Shown here: positions 46,433 through 55,840 of the stretch, piece after piece
Layout of the letters: each line of letters opens with the position of its first letter
Numbering within the stretch: position 1 is the stretch's first letter
Origin: Candidatus Marinacidobacterales bacterium
GTDB lineage: Bacteria; Acidobacteriota; Vicinamibacteria; Marinacidobacterales; SMYC01
DNA length: 64,000 bases
Direction: 5' to 3'
Assembly: GCA_965237955.1 (NCBI GenBank)
Contig: OZ250169.1
Location: 2,752,001 to 2,816,000 of the forward strand
Made by a program: the position numbers and the translations under genes
The notes under the pieces: model-generated
The model's input: only the letters and a program-made list of their open reading frames with translations
The model's database searches: none
Told to the model about the DNA's origin: nothing

Positions 46433-47901
46433 ATGTCCTCGACTCCCGAAAAAATCGACAAATACGTCGTCCTCGGAGAGCTTGGCCGCGGCGCTATGGG
46501 CACCGTCTACAAAGCTCACGATCCGGTTCTCGGCCGCGACGTCGCCATCAAGATGATGTCCGAGGAGCTCGTCATCGAAGAGGAGATGCGCGGCAGGTTC
46601 AACCGGGAAGCGAAGTCGGTGGCGAAGCTCCAGCATCCCAACATCGTGACGATCTTCGATTTTGGCGAGCTCGAGAACGCGGGTGTTCCCTATATCGTCA
46701 TGGAGCTGCTCGACGGGGCCAGCCTCGCGCAGATGATGGAGGAAGACCGACCCGAGCGTCTCGAGGACAAAGTCCAAATCGTGACCCAGATGTGTCGCGG
46801 GCTCGACTACGCGCACAAGCGCGGCGTGATCCATCGCGACGTCAAGCCCGGCAACATCCAAGTTCTGCCCGCCGGTACCGCGAAGGTTCTAGATTTCGGC
46901 ATTGCGTTGGGCGAAGGCTCTACCATCAAGACGAAGACGGGGCTGGTCATGGGCACGCCTAACTACATGGCCCCGGAGCAAATCTCGGGTGAAAACGTCG
47001 ACCATCGTGCCGACATGTGGGCCGTCGGCGTCATCCTCTACGAGCTGTTGTCGGGTGAGAGACCCTTTGTGGCCTCGACCGTACCGAGTCTCGTGTATCG
47101 GATCGTGCACGCCGCGCCGGAGCTTCTCGATGCTCGTGCTCTCGGACTTCCCGCGAAGCTCGTCTCCGTCGTCGAGCGTGTTCTGACCAAGGATACTGAC
47201 AAACGGTTTGGCGATCTCGCGATGATGGCGAGGGCGCTCGACCAGGTCATGGGCGTGGCGACGCCTATTAAGGAGATGTCGGGCGAGTCACGTGCCCGCA
47301 GCTACACGACGAACTTCCAGCTCGCGAAGAGCCTTCTCGACCAAGGACAGCCACAACGGGCGCTCGAAGCCGCGCGGCGTGCCCAAGCCCTCGAGCCGAC
47401 GCATGGCTCGGTGGTCGATCTCGTTCAAGAGATCGAAATTGCGCTCCAAAGGATGCAGTCGGAGCCAACCGTCGCTCACAACCCCGAAGCGGCCGCCTTC
47501 GACGCCGCGCAATGGGTGGACCACGCGCGTATGGCGCTCACGGCGGGTAATCGCAGCGAAGCGCTCCGTATCGTCGATGATGTGTTGGCGGTTGAGCCGG
47601 GCTTCGAGCCCGCGGTCGAGCTGCGCGATCTTCTCGACACGCCGGGACAAGCGGCACGGGCAGGACGGAGCCGACCCGGGTCGCTACGCACTCACACGCA
47701 TCGACAGGCACGCGTCCGCCCCGAGCTCAACTTCATCGAGATGATTACGTTCGGCGAGCCTCCCGGAACTCAAGTGTTGACGGTCGGTCCACATCCGCAG
47801 CTTGTCGCGGTTGGCGGCGTGGATGGCTCGGTGCGCCTTTGGGATATCGACGCCCGGCGGAAGCTCGCGAGCTTTCGCACCGAGCTTCACCAGCGTACCG
47901 G
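46433..47901 (+). pseudogene. Ser/Thr protein kinase with TPR-like and WD40 repeats, truncated by IS
   Basis: GRGAMG, VAIK, HRDVKPGN, DFG, APE; WD motif GGVDGSVRLWD just before the IS end. Confidence 0.85.
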
Positions 47902-48988
47902 TGCCTTGGTGCACAACTCGCGATCTCGGTCCACAATTGTCCTGTACTCGCGGATTCGAGGTTCCCCATGAGCATTTTCAAACGCACTCAGCGGAAGTAT
48001 GTGAAGAAGGCCTATCGCGTGAGGAATTGGCGTGAATATGAGGCGGGTCTGCGCAACCGCGGGAGCCTGACCGTCTGGATCTCGCTCACCGCCGGCAAGC
48101 TTGTGAACTGGGACGCGCCCCGGCCAAGGAGGAGGAAACCGGGCCGTCAACGCAAGTACTCGAACCACGCCATCGAGACGGCTGTCACCCTGGGCATGGT
48201 GTTTCATCTGTCGTCTAGGCAGAGCGAGGGATTGCTGCGATCGTTGTTCGCTCTGATGAAGCTAGACAATGATGTGCCCGATCACACCACGATTTCGAGG
48301 CGCAAGGCGAAGCTGGGTAAGGTCCCCTTCTACCAAGACAAGCAGAAGACGCCGTTGCACATCTTGATCGACAGCAGCGGTCTCGCTGTCCACGCCGGCC
48401 AGCTGCGCAGAGCACCAAAGAGCAGGGACTATCGCAAGCTCCATCTGTGTGTCGACGAGCAGAGTGGCGAAGTCGTCGCCGGCGAGCTGACGAGCAAAAG
48501 AGCCCGCGATTCATCGCGGGTTGCATCGCTTGTCGGACAGATCGACAGTCCCATCTCATCGGCTAGAGCTGACACCGCATACGACGCCAGCGGCGTCTAT
48601 GAGGCGATCGAGAATCACAGCGCTCATCGCTCGCCGAGGGTGCTGATACCGCCGCGCAAGGGCGCCCAGCTCGCATCGGGGCCGGCGAGCAGCCGACAGC
48701 GTAATCGCAACATTGCAGCACAAGCTCGGCTCGGCAAACGAAAGTGGCACACAGAATCGGGCTACAGCAAACGGAGCAAAGTCGAGACAACGTTCCATCG
48801 CTACAAGGCTATCGTGGGCTCAGCGATGCGAGCGAGAGGGTTGGCGGCACAGAGAGTCGAGGCAAGGATCGGGTGCAAGATTCTCAACACGATGACGGCG
48901 CTCGGGATGCCTGATAGCGAGATGATCGGATGATGGGAGTCGGGGCCAAGCGAGTTCTCGGCCTCTATCGGAGTTGTGCACCAAGGCA
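47902..48988 (+). mobile_element. IS5-family (IS903-like) insertion sequence
   Basis: Perfect IRs TGCCTTGGTGCACAACTC / GAGTTGTGCACCAAGGCA; no target duplication visible. Confidence 0.88.
47968..48933 (+). CDS. IS5/IS903-like DDE transposase
   Basis: [46 protein letters not shown]. Confidence 0.92.
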   Translation: MSIFKRTQRKYVKKAYRVRNWREYEAGLRNRGSLTVWISLTAGKLVNWDAPRPRRRKPGRQRKYSNHAIETAVTLGMVFHLSSRQSEGLLRSLFALMKLDNDVPDHTTISRRKAKLGKVPFYQDKQKTPLHILIDSSGLAVHAGQLRRAPKSRDYRKLHLCVDEQSGEVVAGELTSKRARDSSRVASLVGQIDSPISSARADTAYDASGVYEAIENHSAHRSPRVLIPPRKGAQLASGPASSRQRNRNIAAQARLGKRKWHTESGYSKRSKVETTFHRYKAIVGSAMRARGLAAQRVEARIGCKILNTMTALGMPDSEMIG

Positions 48989-49456
48989 CGTCGCAACCGC
49001 ATTATCACCGGCATGACCCTCGGCACCCTCGTCGTCGAAGCGGCGCTCAAGAGCGGCTCGCTCGTGTCGGCGCGCTTGGCGATGGAGCAGGATCGCGACG
49101 TGTTCGCCGTGCCCGGGCCCGCGTTGTCCCTCAATAGCGTTGGCGTCCACGCCCTGATTCGAGACGGCGCCAAGCTTGTCACCTAAGCCGCCGACGTTGT
49201 CGAAGAGCTGAGACCCGATATCCGCGCCCTACTATTGACAAGACCCCGAACCGCGACGACGAAAGATGAAGAGCTCGACGAGCTCGAGCGAGAAATCCTA
49301 GACCACCTCATGAACGCGCAAGACGCTGTCGACGTCGACACACTGCTGGAGCGCACGGACATTCCAGTCCCTCTCGCCCTCGCGGCATTGAGCGGGCTAG
49401 AAGTGAAAGGACTGGTCTGGAGACTGGCTGGAGGTCTGTATCAGGCGAAGCCGTGA
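48989..49456 (+). pseudogene. dprA: DNA-processing protein DprA, C-terminal remnant with in-frame TAA at 49184
   Basis: RRNRIITG...[22 protein letters not shown] and C-terminal winged helix; position upstream of topA. Confidence 0.88.
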
Positions 49457-49464
49457 TCATCGAA

Positions 49465-49493
49465 CTGATGGCTGACGGCTGATGGCTGATGGC
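49465..49493. repeat. Heptamer family B
   Basis: CTGATG-GCTGACG-GCTGATG-GCTGATG-GC. Confidence 0.85.
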
Positions 49494-49545
49494 AGCGCGC
49501 AGAAGAGCGTTTTGCTCTTCTGCGCGCTTTAGCTACACTATTCGC

Positions 49546-51999
49546 ATGGCGAAATCACTCGTGATCGTCGAATCGCCGGTAAAGGCGAAGACCATCAACA
49601 AGTTCCTGGGGCGGAACTACATCGTGCGCGCCTCGATGGGACACGTCCGTGACCTGCCGAAGAGCAAACTCGGCGTCGACGTCGAGCACGGGTTCGTGCC
49701 GGACTACGTCGTGATCCCAAAAAAGAAGAAAGTGCTCAGCGAGTTGAAGAGCGAAGCCAAGAAGGCCGAGGCAATCTACCTCGCCCCGGACCCGGATCGG
49801 GAAGGCGAAGCGATCAGCTTCCACCTCGCTGAAGAGCTCGGTGGCAAGAAGGGCAAAATCCACCGCATTCTCTTCAACGAGATCACCAAAAAAGCGATCC
49901 AGGAAGCGATCAAGAATCCGCTCGAGATCGACCAGGACAAAGTCGACGCCCAGCAGGCGCGTCGCGTGCTCGATCGTTTGGTGGGTTATCAAATCTCGCC
50001 GCTTCTGTGGGAAAAGGTTCGCCGCGGCCTCTCTGCCGGGCGCGTGCAATCGGTGGCGCTTCGCATCGTGTGCGAGCGCGAGCGCGAGATCCAGGCGTTC
50101 CAATCGGAAGAGTACTGGTCGATCCACGCGAACCTCGAGAGCAAAACCCCGCCGCCGTTCGAAGCGAAGCTCACCAAAATGGACGGCAAGACCGTCGAGC
50201 TCAAGGACGAAGCGTCGACGACGGCCGTGGTCGAAGAGCTTTCGAAGCTCGAGTTCGGAGTCGCCAAAGTCATCGCGAAGGAGAGGCGCAGAAATCCAGT
50301 ACCGCCGTTCATTACCAGTAAGCTTCAGCAGGAAGGTGCCCGCAAGCTCGGCTTCACTGCGAAGCGCACGATGATGGTGGCGCAACGTCTCTACGAAGGC
50401 ATCGAGCTCGGAAAAGAAGGTCCGGTCGGCCTCATTACCTACATGCGCACCGACTCGACGAGGATTTCCGACGAAGCCGTCGCCGACGTTCGGCACTACA
50501 TCGAGGAGCGCTACGGAAGCCAGATGCTCCCGGCGAAGCCCAACTTCTACAAGAACAAGAAGGGCGCGCAGGATGCTCACGAAGCGGTCCGGCCGACGTC
50601 GGCGTTCCGCGATCCCGATTCGCTGAAGGCGTTTCTCGACCGTGACGAGCTCAAGCTGTACCGGCTCATCTGGAACCGCTTCGTCGCCTCGCAAATGCCC
50701 CCCGCCGTCTTCGACGAGACCATCGCCGAGATCGAAGCGGGCCGCTACATGCTGCGCGCTCGTGGCTCGGTGTTGAAGTTCAACGGTTTTCTCGCCGTCT
50801 ACGAAGAAGGCAAGGACGACGACCCCTCGAAGAAAAGGGCCGAGGCCGAAAACGAGCCGACCGCGAAACCCGACGGACCCAAGCAGCTCCCGCCCTTGAC
50901 CGAGGGAGAGATTCTCAAACTCCTCGAGCTCAAGCCCGAACAACACTTCACGCAACCGCCGCCCGGTTTCACCGAGGCAACGCTTGTGAAAGAGCTCGAG
51001 GAGAAGGGTATCGGGCGCCCGAGCACGTATGCCAGCATCCTCTCCGTCCTCCAGGACCGCGAGTACGTGAACAAAGTCGAGAAGAAGTTCGTCCCGACCG
51101 AGCTCGGGTTTCTCGTCACCGACCTCTTGATGGCAAGCTTCGCCGACATTATGGCGACCGAGTACACCGCGCGGATGGAGGAGCTCCTCGACGAAATCGA
51201 AGAAGGACGCGCGAACTATCTCACCACCATCGACGACTTCTACAAGAAGTTCAGCAAGGACCTCGCGGAAGCCAAAGAGAACATGACTAACGTCAAGGCC
51301 ATGGAGATCGCGACCGAAGAGGTGTGCGACAAGTGTGGCAAGCTGATGGTCATCAAGTGGGGACGTTTTGGCCATTTTCTCGCGTGCTCCGGCTATCCCG
51401 ATTGCCGCAATACGCGCGAGATCCAAAACTACCAGGACAAAGACTCCGCCGATCCGGACGCGTTCGGAAACGAGGAATGCGAAAAGTGCGGGCGGCTGAT
51501 GGTGTTGAAAAAGGGCAAGTACGGCCAGTTTCTCGCGTGCTCCGGTTATCCGGATTGCAAGAATACGAGGCGCATTCTGCGCGGCGAGGACGGGACCCTC
51601 GAGAGCAAGAAAGATCAACTCCTCGAGGAAAAGTGCCCCAAGTGCAAGCACCAGCTCGTCATCAAACACGGCCGCTACGGCGAGTTCACGGCGTGCAGCG
51701 CCTATCCCGACTGCAAGTACATCAAGCAGAAGGAAGTCGGCGTCGCATGCCCCAAAGAAAATTGCCCCGGGCAGGTGGTGGAGCGACGCTCACGGCGCGG
51801 GAAGCTCTTTTACGGTTGCAGCGAGTACCCGAACTGCGACTTCACGAGCTGGTACATGCCGGTGAAAGAGCCCTGTCCCGAGTGCGGCTATCCCGTCGTG
51901 TTCGAGAAGAACACAAAGCGCGATGGTCCCCACATCGCGTGCACGCAAGAAGGCTGCAGCTTCAAACAAACACGGGAAGAGGCCGCTGCGAAAGCGTAA
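49546..51999 (+). CDS. topA: DNA topoisomerase I with C-terminal Zn ribbons
   Basis: VIVESP.KAK, DPDREGE, SAGRVQ, ITYMRTD, GIGRPSTY. Confidence 0.97.
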   Translation: MAKSLVIVESPVKAKTINKFLGRNYIVRASMGHVRDLPKSKLGVDVEHGFVPDYVVIPKKKKVLSELKSEAKKAEAIYLAPDPDREGEAISFHLAEELGGKKGKIHRILFNEITKKAIQEAIKNPLEIDQDKVDAQQARRVLDRLVGYQISPLLWEKVRRGLSAGRVQSVALRIVCEREREIQAFQSEEYWSIHANLESKTPPPFEAKLTKMDGKTVELKDEASTTAVVEELSKLEFGVAKVIAKERRRNPVPPFITSKLQQEGARKLGFTAKRTMMVAQRLYEGIELGKEGPVGLITYMRTDSTRISDEAVADVRHYIEERYGSQMLPAKPNFYKNKKGAQDAHEAVRPTSAFRDPDSLKAFLDRDELKLYRLIWNRFVASQMPPAVFDETIAEIEAGRYMLRARGSVLKFNGFLAVYEEGKDDDPSKKRAEAENEPTAKPDGPKQLPPLTEGEILKLLELKPEQHFTQPPPGFTEATLVKELEEKGIGRPSTYASILSVLQDREYVNKVEKKFVPTELGFLVTDLLMASFADIMATEYTARMEELLDEIEEGRANYLTTIDDFYKKFSKDLAEAKENMTNVKAMEIATEEVCDKCGKLMVIKWGRFGHFLACSGYPDCRNTREIQNYQDKDSADPDAFGNEECEKCGRLMVLKKGKYGQFLACSGYPDCKNTRRILRGEDGTLESKKDQLLEEKCPKCKHQLVIKHGRYGEFTACSAYPDCKYIKQKEVGVACPKENCPGQVVERRSRRGKLFYGCSEYPNCDFTSWYMPVKEPCPECGYPVVFEKNTKRDGPHIACTQEGCSFKQTREEAAAKA

Positions 52000-52009
52000 C
52001 GGCCGATCC

Positions 52010-52071
52010 GCCGTCAGCCATCGGCCGTCAGCCATCAGCCTTGCGACTTTGCGCCTTGGCGTCTTTGCGTT
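52010..52071. repeat. Composite repeat: heptamer family B run abutting a family C right arm
   Basis: GCCGTCA-GCCATCG-GCCGTCA-GCCATCA-GCC then CTTGCGAC-TTTGCGCC-TTGGCGTC-TTTGCGTT. Confidence 0.85.
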
Positions 52072-52082
52072 GTAATTAGGCC

Positions 52083-53414
52083 GTGGATCGCAGTGAAGTA
52101 ACGGTCGTTGGGGCAGGCCTTGCCGGAGCGGAGGCAGCCTGGCAGATCGCGACCCGCGGAGTTCCGGTGCGGCTGTTCGAGATGCGGCCTACCAAGCCGA
52201 CGCCGGTCCATCGGACTGATCGGTTCGCTGAGCTCGTTTGCAGTAATTCACTTCGCTCCGACCGTCTTTCGAATGCGCATGGCCTTCTCAAAGAAGAGAT
52301 GCGTCGTCTCGGCTCCCTCGTCATGGAGGCCGCCGTCGACGCGCGCGTGCCCGCTGGCCAGGCTCTCGCCGTCGATCGAGACGTTTTCGCGCAGCGGGTC
52401 ACCGACACCATCAAATCCTCGCCGTTGATTCGAGTGGTTCGCGAAGAAGTCGTCGCGATTCCCGAGGACGGGATCGTCGTGCTCGCGACCGGACCGCTGA
52501 CTTCGGAGTCGCTCTCGATCTCGATTCGCGCCTTTACCGGGAGCGAGCATCTTTATTTCTACGATGCGGTCAGCCCGGTCGTCGAGGTCGACACGGTTGA
52601 CTTCAACCAAGCGTTTCGCGCGTCACGGTACGGGAAAGGAGGCGACGACTACATCAACTGCCCGATGAATCGGGAGGAGTACCAGAGCTTCTACGATGCC
52701 CTCATGGCTGCATCGACCATCGATATTCACGAGGTCGACAAAGGTGTCTATTTCGAAGGCTGCCTTCCCATCGAGGTGATGGCGTCGCGGGGCGTCGACA
52801 CGTTGCGCTTCGGACCGATGAAACCCGTCGGGCTCGCCGACCCGAGAACGGGACAAGAGGCTTTCGCCGTCGTGCAGCTCCGGCAAGACAATCTCGCCGC
52901 GACGCTCTATAACATCGTCGGCTTCCAAAACCAGCTCAAGTGGGGCGAGCAAAAGCGCATTCTGAGAATGGTGCCCGGTTTGGAGAATGCAGAGTTCGCT
53001 CGCTTCGGCATGATCCACCGGAACACCTACATCAACGCGCCCAAGGTCCTACACGCGACGTTTCAGACCCGGGGTCGCGACACGTTGTTCTTCGCGGGAC
53101 AAATCTCCGGTGTCGAGGGTTATACCGAGTCGGCAGCGTCGGGGCTCATCGCGGGACGAAATGCCGCGGCGCTCGCGCTCGGCCTACCCCTGACCGAACC
53201 TCCAAAAACCACGGCGCTCGGGGCATTGTGCCACTACATTTCGCACGTCGATGCGGAAGACTACCAGCCCACCAACATCGCGTTCGGCCTCCTTCCTCCT
53301 CTCGACCCACCGGTGCGCAACCGACGAGCAAGGAAAGAAGCCTTGGTCGAGCGCGCCCTTGGAGCCCTCGACGAGTTCATCGCTTCCACTGGCGTTAGCA
53401 CTCGAACCCGCTGA
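52083..53414 (+). CDS. trmFO: tRNA (uracil-54) methyltransferase, FAD/folate-dependent
   Basis: GAGLAGAEAA, ELVCSNS, GPMKPVGL, MIHRNTY, GVEGY.ES. Confidence 0.96.
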   Translation: MDRSEVTVVGAGLAGAEAAWQIATRGVPVRLFEMRPTKPTPVHRTDRFAELVCSNSLRSDRLSNAHGLLKEEMRRLGSLVMEAAVDARVPAGQALAVDRDVFAQRVTDTIKSSPLIRVVREEVVAIPEDGIVVLATGPLTSESLSISIRAFTGSEHLYFYDAVSPVVEVDTVDFNQAFRASRYGKGGDDYINCPMNREEYQSFYDALMAASTIDIHEVDKGVYFEGCLPIEVMASRGVDTLRFGPMKPVGLADPRTGQEAFAVVQLRQDNLAATLYNIVGFQNQLKWGEQKRILRMVPGLENAEFARFGMIHRNTYINAPKVLHATFQTRGRDTLFFAGQISGVEGYTESAASGLIAGRNAAALALGLPLTEPPKTTALGALCHYISHVDAEDYQPTNIAFGLLPPLDPPVRNRRARKEALVERALGALDEFIASTGVSTRTR

Positions 53415-53453
53415 CGCTAGCACCAATACCACTGGCTCAACTCCTTCGCCGCC

Positions 53454-53593
53454 CCCCTGCCCCTGCCCTTGCCCCTGTCCGTCCCCTTCGCAGAGAACCT
53501 CGACCTCGCAAGATCGTCCTCAACGCCGACCGAAGCCGAGGCGAAACTTGGCGTCCTCGGTAGAACGGGAACGGGGACGGACAGGGGCAGGGG
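53454..53593. repeat. Inverted hexamer tandem-repeat element
   Basis: CCCTGC-type left arm (53454-53486) and GGGGACGGACAGGGGCAGGGG right arm. Confidence 0.75.
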
Positions 53594-53664
53594 ATCTACT
53601 TCGGGGACTTCCGAGGCTCGTCTCGAGTGTGGTACGCTTTTGGGATGGGAATTACAAAGTATAC

Positions 53665-53694
53665 TTGACGAGCCCTTTCGATCCGTGTCAAAGT
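53665..53694 (+). promoter_or_regulatory. Putative leaderless promoter for the MTase-HNH gene overlapping a TTGAC...GTCAA inverted repeat
   Basis: TTGACG-18-CAAAGT with extended TG, 6 nt before ATG 53701. Confidence 0.45.
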
Positions 53695-53700
53695 TCCCGC

Positions 53701-54921
53701 ATGGCCTCACCCAACTGGGCCAACCAGACCATCTGGACCGGCGATAACCTGCCGATCCTCCGGGGGATGAACTCGGAGTCCGTAGACCTCATCTACCTCG
53801 ACCCCCCGTTCAACTCGAAGGCCAACTACGCGGCGCCCATTGGCTCCAAGGCGGCCGGCGCCGCGTTCAAAGACACCTGGACGCTCTCGGATGTTGACGC
53901 GGAGTGGATCAATCTCATCGAAGCCAAGCACCCAGCACTCTACCGAGTGCTGCTCGCGGCGATGACCAGCAGCGACAAGTCCTACCTCGCGTACATGGCG
54001 GCTCGGCTTCTGGAACTGCGCCGCGTGCTGAAGCCCACGGGAAGCATCTACCTCCACTGCGACCCCACCATGAGCCACTACCTCAAACTCGTCATGGACG
54101 CGGTGTTCGGACGGCGAAACTTCCGAAACGAGATCGTGTGGTGCTACGAAGTCGGTGGAAGGAGCAAGAAACGATTTAGCAGCAAACACGATGCCATCCT
54201 TTTCTACGTTCGTGGCGACGATTCTAAGTTCAATGCGGACGCTGTGCGACTACCACGTCGAAACACACACATGAAAATTGAAACGGACGCGAAGGGGCAA
54301 AAGTGGCAGATCAAGATGGACGCCAAAACCAGAAAAGTCTATCGGTATCCTATAGACGCCGGTGCCTTGTGCCCGGACTGGTGGGCTGGAATTCAACAGC
54401 TTAATCGAAGCGACAAAGAGCGAGTCAGCTACCCGACCCAAAAGCCGCTCAAGCTACTCGACCGGATCATCAGGGCGAGCTCGAACGAGGGCGACGTTGT
54501 GCTCGACCCCTTCGCTGGCTGCGCCACCGCCTGCGTCTCCGCCGAAGCGGGACACCGCGAGTGGGTAGGCATCGACATATCTCCGAAGGCCGCCGAGCTC
54601 GTCCGCCAGCGCATGCGCGACGAGCTAGGCATGTTCTACCAGGGAGCACACCGGACGGACGTGCCGCCCAGAACCGACCTCGGTCGGCTCCCGAAGTACA
54701 GCAGTCCACAGAACCGCAAGCGGCTCTACGGAGAGCAAGGCGGCAACTGCGCGGGCTGCGCCACCCACTTCGAGCCTCGGCACTTCCACGTGGACCACAT
54801 CATCGCCCGAGCCAAAGGTGGGACCGACCACATCGAGAACCTTCAGCTCCTTTGCGGCTCTTGCAATGGGATCAAAAGCGACCGCGGAATGGAGTACTTG
54901 CGGGCAAAGCTCGCACTTTGA
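53701..54921 (+). CDS. Beta-class N6/N4 DNA methyltransferase fused to a C-terminal HNH endonuclease
   Basis: DLIYLDPPF (motif IV), YPTQKP, DPFAGCAT (motif I); CAGC...VDHII...GG...ENLQLLCGSCN.IK. Confidence 0.92.
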   Translation: MASPNWANQTIWTGDNLPILRGMNSESVDLIYLDPPFNSKANYAAPIGSKAAGAAFKDTWTLSDVDAEWINLIEAKHPALYRVLLAAMTSSDKSYLAYMAARLLELRRVLKPTGSIYLHCDPTMSHYLKLVMDAVFGRRNFRNEIVWCYEVGGRSKKRFSSKHDAILFYVRGDDSKFNADAVRLPRRNTHMKIETDAKGQKWQIKMDAKTRKVYRYPIDAGALCPDWWAGIQQLNRSDKERVSYPTQKPLKLLDRIIRASSNEGDVVLDPFAGCATACVSAEAGHREWVGIDISPKAAELVRQRMRDELGMFYQGAHRTDVPPRTDLGRLPKYSSPQNRKRLYGEQGGNCAGCATHFEPRHFHVDHIIARAKGGTDHIENLQLLCGSCNGIKSDRGMEYLRAKLAL

Positions 54922-55072
54922 CTTGCTGCCTATCCAAAGGATATATTCCACACCCCCCGCTGTGAACGGGACGATTGCGCTTAACATTTGTAGCCCGTTG
55001 GGCCACAATAGGACACAAGGATGGTTTGACGGAAATTGACCTATAATCCATCCCCCACAAGGAGGTGGAGCG

Positions 55073-55581
55073 ATGTCTGATTGGCTGTCCAATCCAGTGA
55101 CCTTACATCTTGGCTCTTGCGGTTGGCACAGCTATCGTTAAGATTCTTTGGTGGATTCGAGATGTCACTCGTGGCGAGAAAGATTTTCGAGCCTTCGTAA
55201 AAGAAATCAAAGACGATATGAAGACCATCCGGGAGCACATCACGGACATTTTCAAGCGGCTCCCTGATCCGGTGATTGCCGGTGCAAGCCCATTTCAGCT
55301 TACTGATCTAGGACGCAAGTTATCGGCGGAACTAGGAGCCGAGGAGTGGGCCCGCTAATCTTGCTCCAAATCTATCTGATGATGTTGCAGGCAAGAAGCC
55401 ATTTCAAATCGATGAGTACGCGGAAAAGTATGTGCGCGACAACCTTTCTGACGAAATGGTAAACTTGGTGGCTGCGTGTGCATACGAAGCTGGCCGGACA
55501 CGCGAAGATGTTCTCCCTGTACTGTGCGTCGTGCTGCGTGACGAACTAATCCGGCTTGGCATATCGGAAGATGACGAGTAA
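55073..55581 (+). pseudogene. Membrane-anchored hypothetical passenger gene with two +1 frameshifts (~55101, ~55353)
   Basis: AGGAGG RBS; frames join to MSDWLSNPVTYILALAVG...SPFQLTDLG...KPFQIDEYA...VLRDELIR. Confidence 0.6.
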
Positions 55582-55645
55582 AACGTGAGCAAGCGACCGG
55601 ACTACGGGAACGCGACGCCGACTTGGCCCGAGGCAGGAGTCGATA

Positions 55646-55840
55646 ATGGGAAGAAAAGCGATGTTAGACCCCAAGCGTGATTTGGCAGGCGCGACGCCGG
55701 AGAGCTTGGCGCGCGCGCTGTGCAGGCCGCTACGACCGCGCCGTGGAGCTGAGGCCGTTGTCTGCGATGAGGTCCCGGTAGAGAAGCCGGTGGCCGACCA
55801 TGCGGGCGACGGTGTCGAGCATCTGGTCGAGGGTACCTAG
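55646..55840 (+). CDS. Small hypothetical ORF overlapping the 3' end of the IS1595 transposase on the opposite strand
   Basis: AGGAG RBS; PKRDLAGATPESLARALCRP. Confidence 0.35.
   Translation: MGRKAMLDPKRDLAGATPESLARALCRPLRPRRGAEAVVCDEVPVEKPVADHAGDGVEHLVEGT

Noticed and set aside
53251-53700. N-terminal extension of the MTase with PCPCPC motif
   Set aside because: Translation of the trmFO overlap and hexamer repeat; the likely start is ATG 53701.
54700-55072. HNH as an IscB/Cas9-like RNA-guided nuclease with adjacent ncRNA
   Set aside because: No RuvC motifs or bridge helix, and no convincing structure in the downstream spacer.
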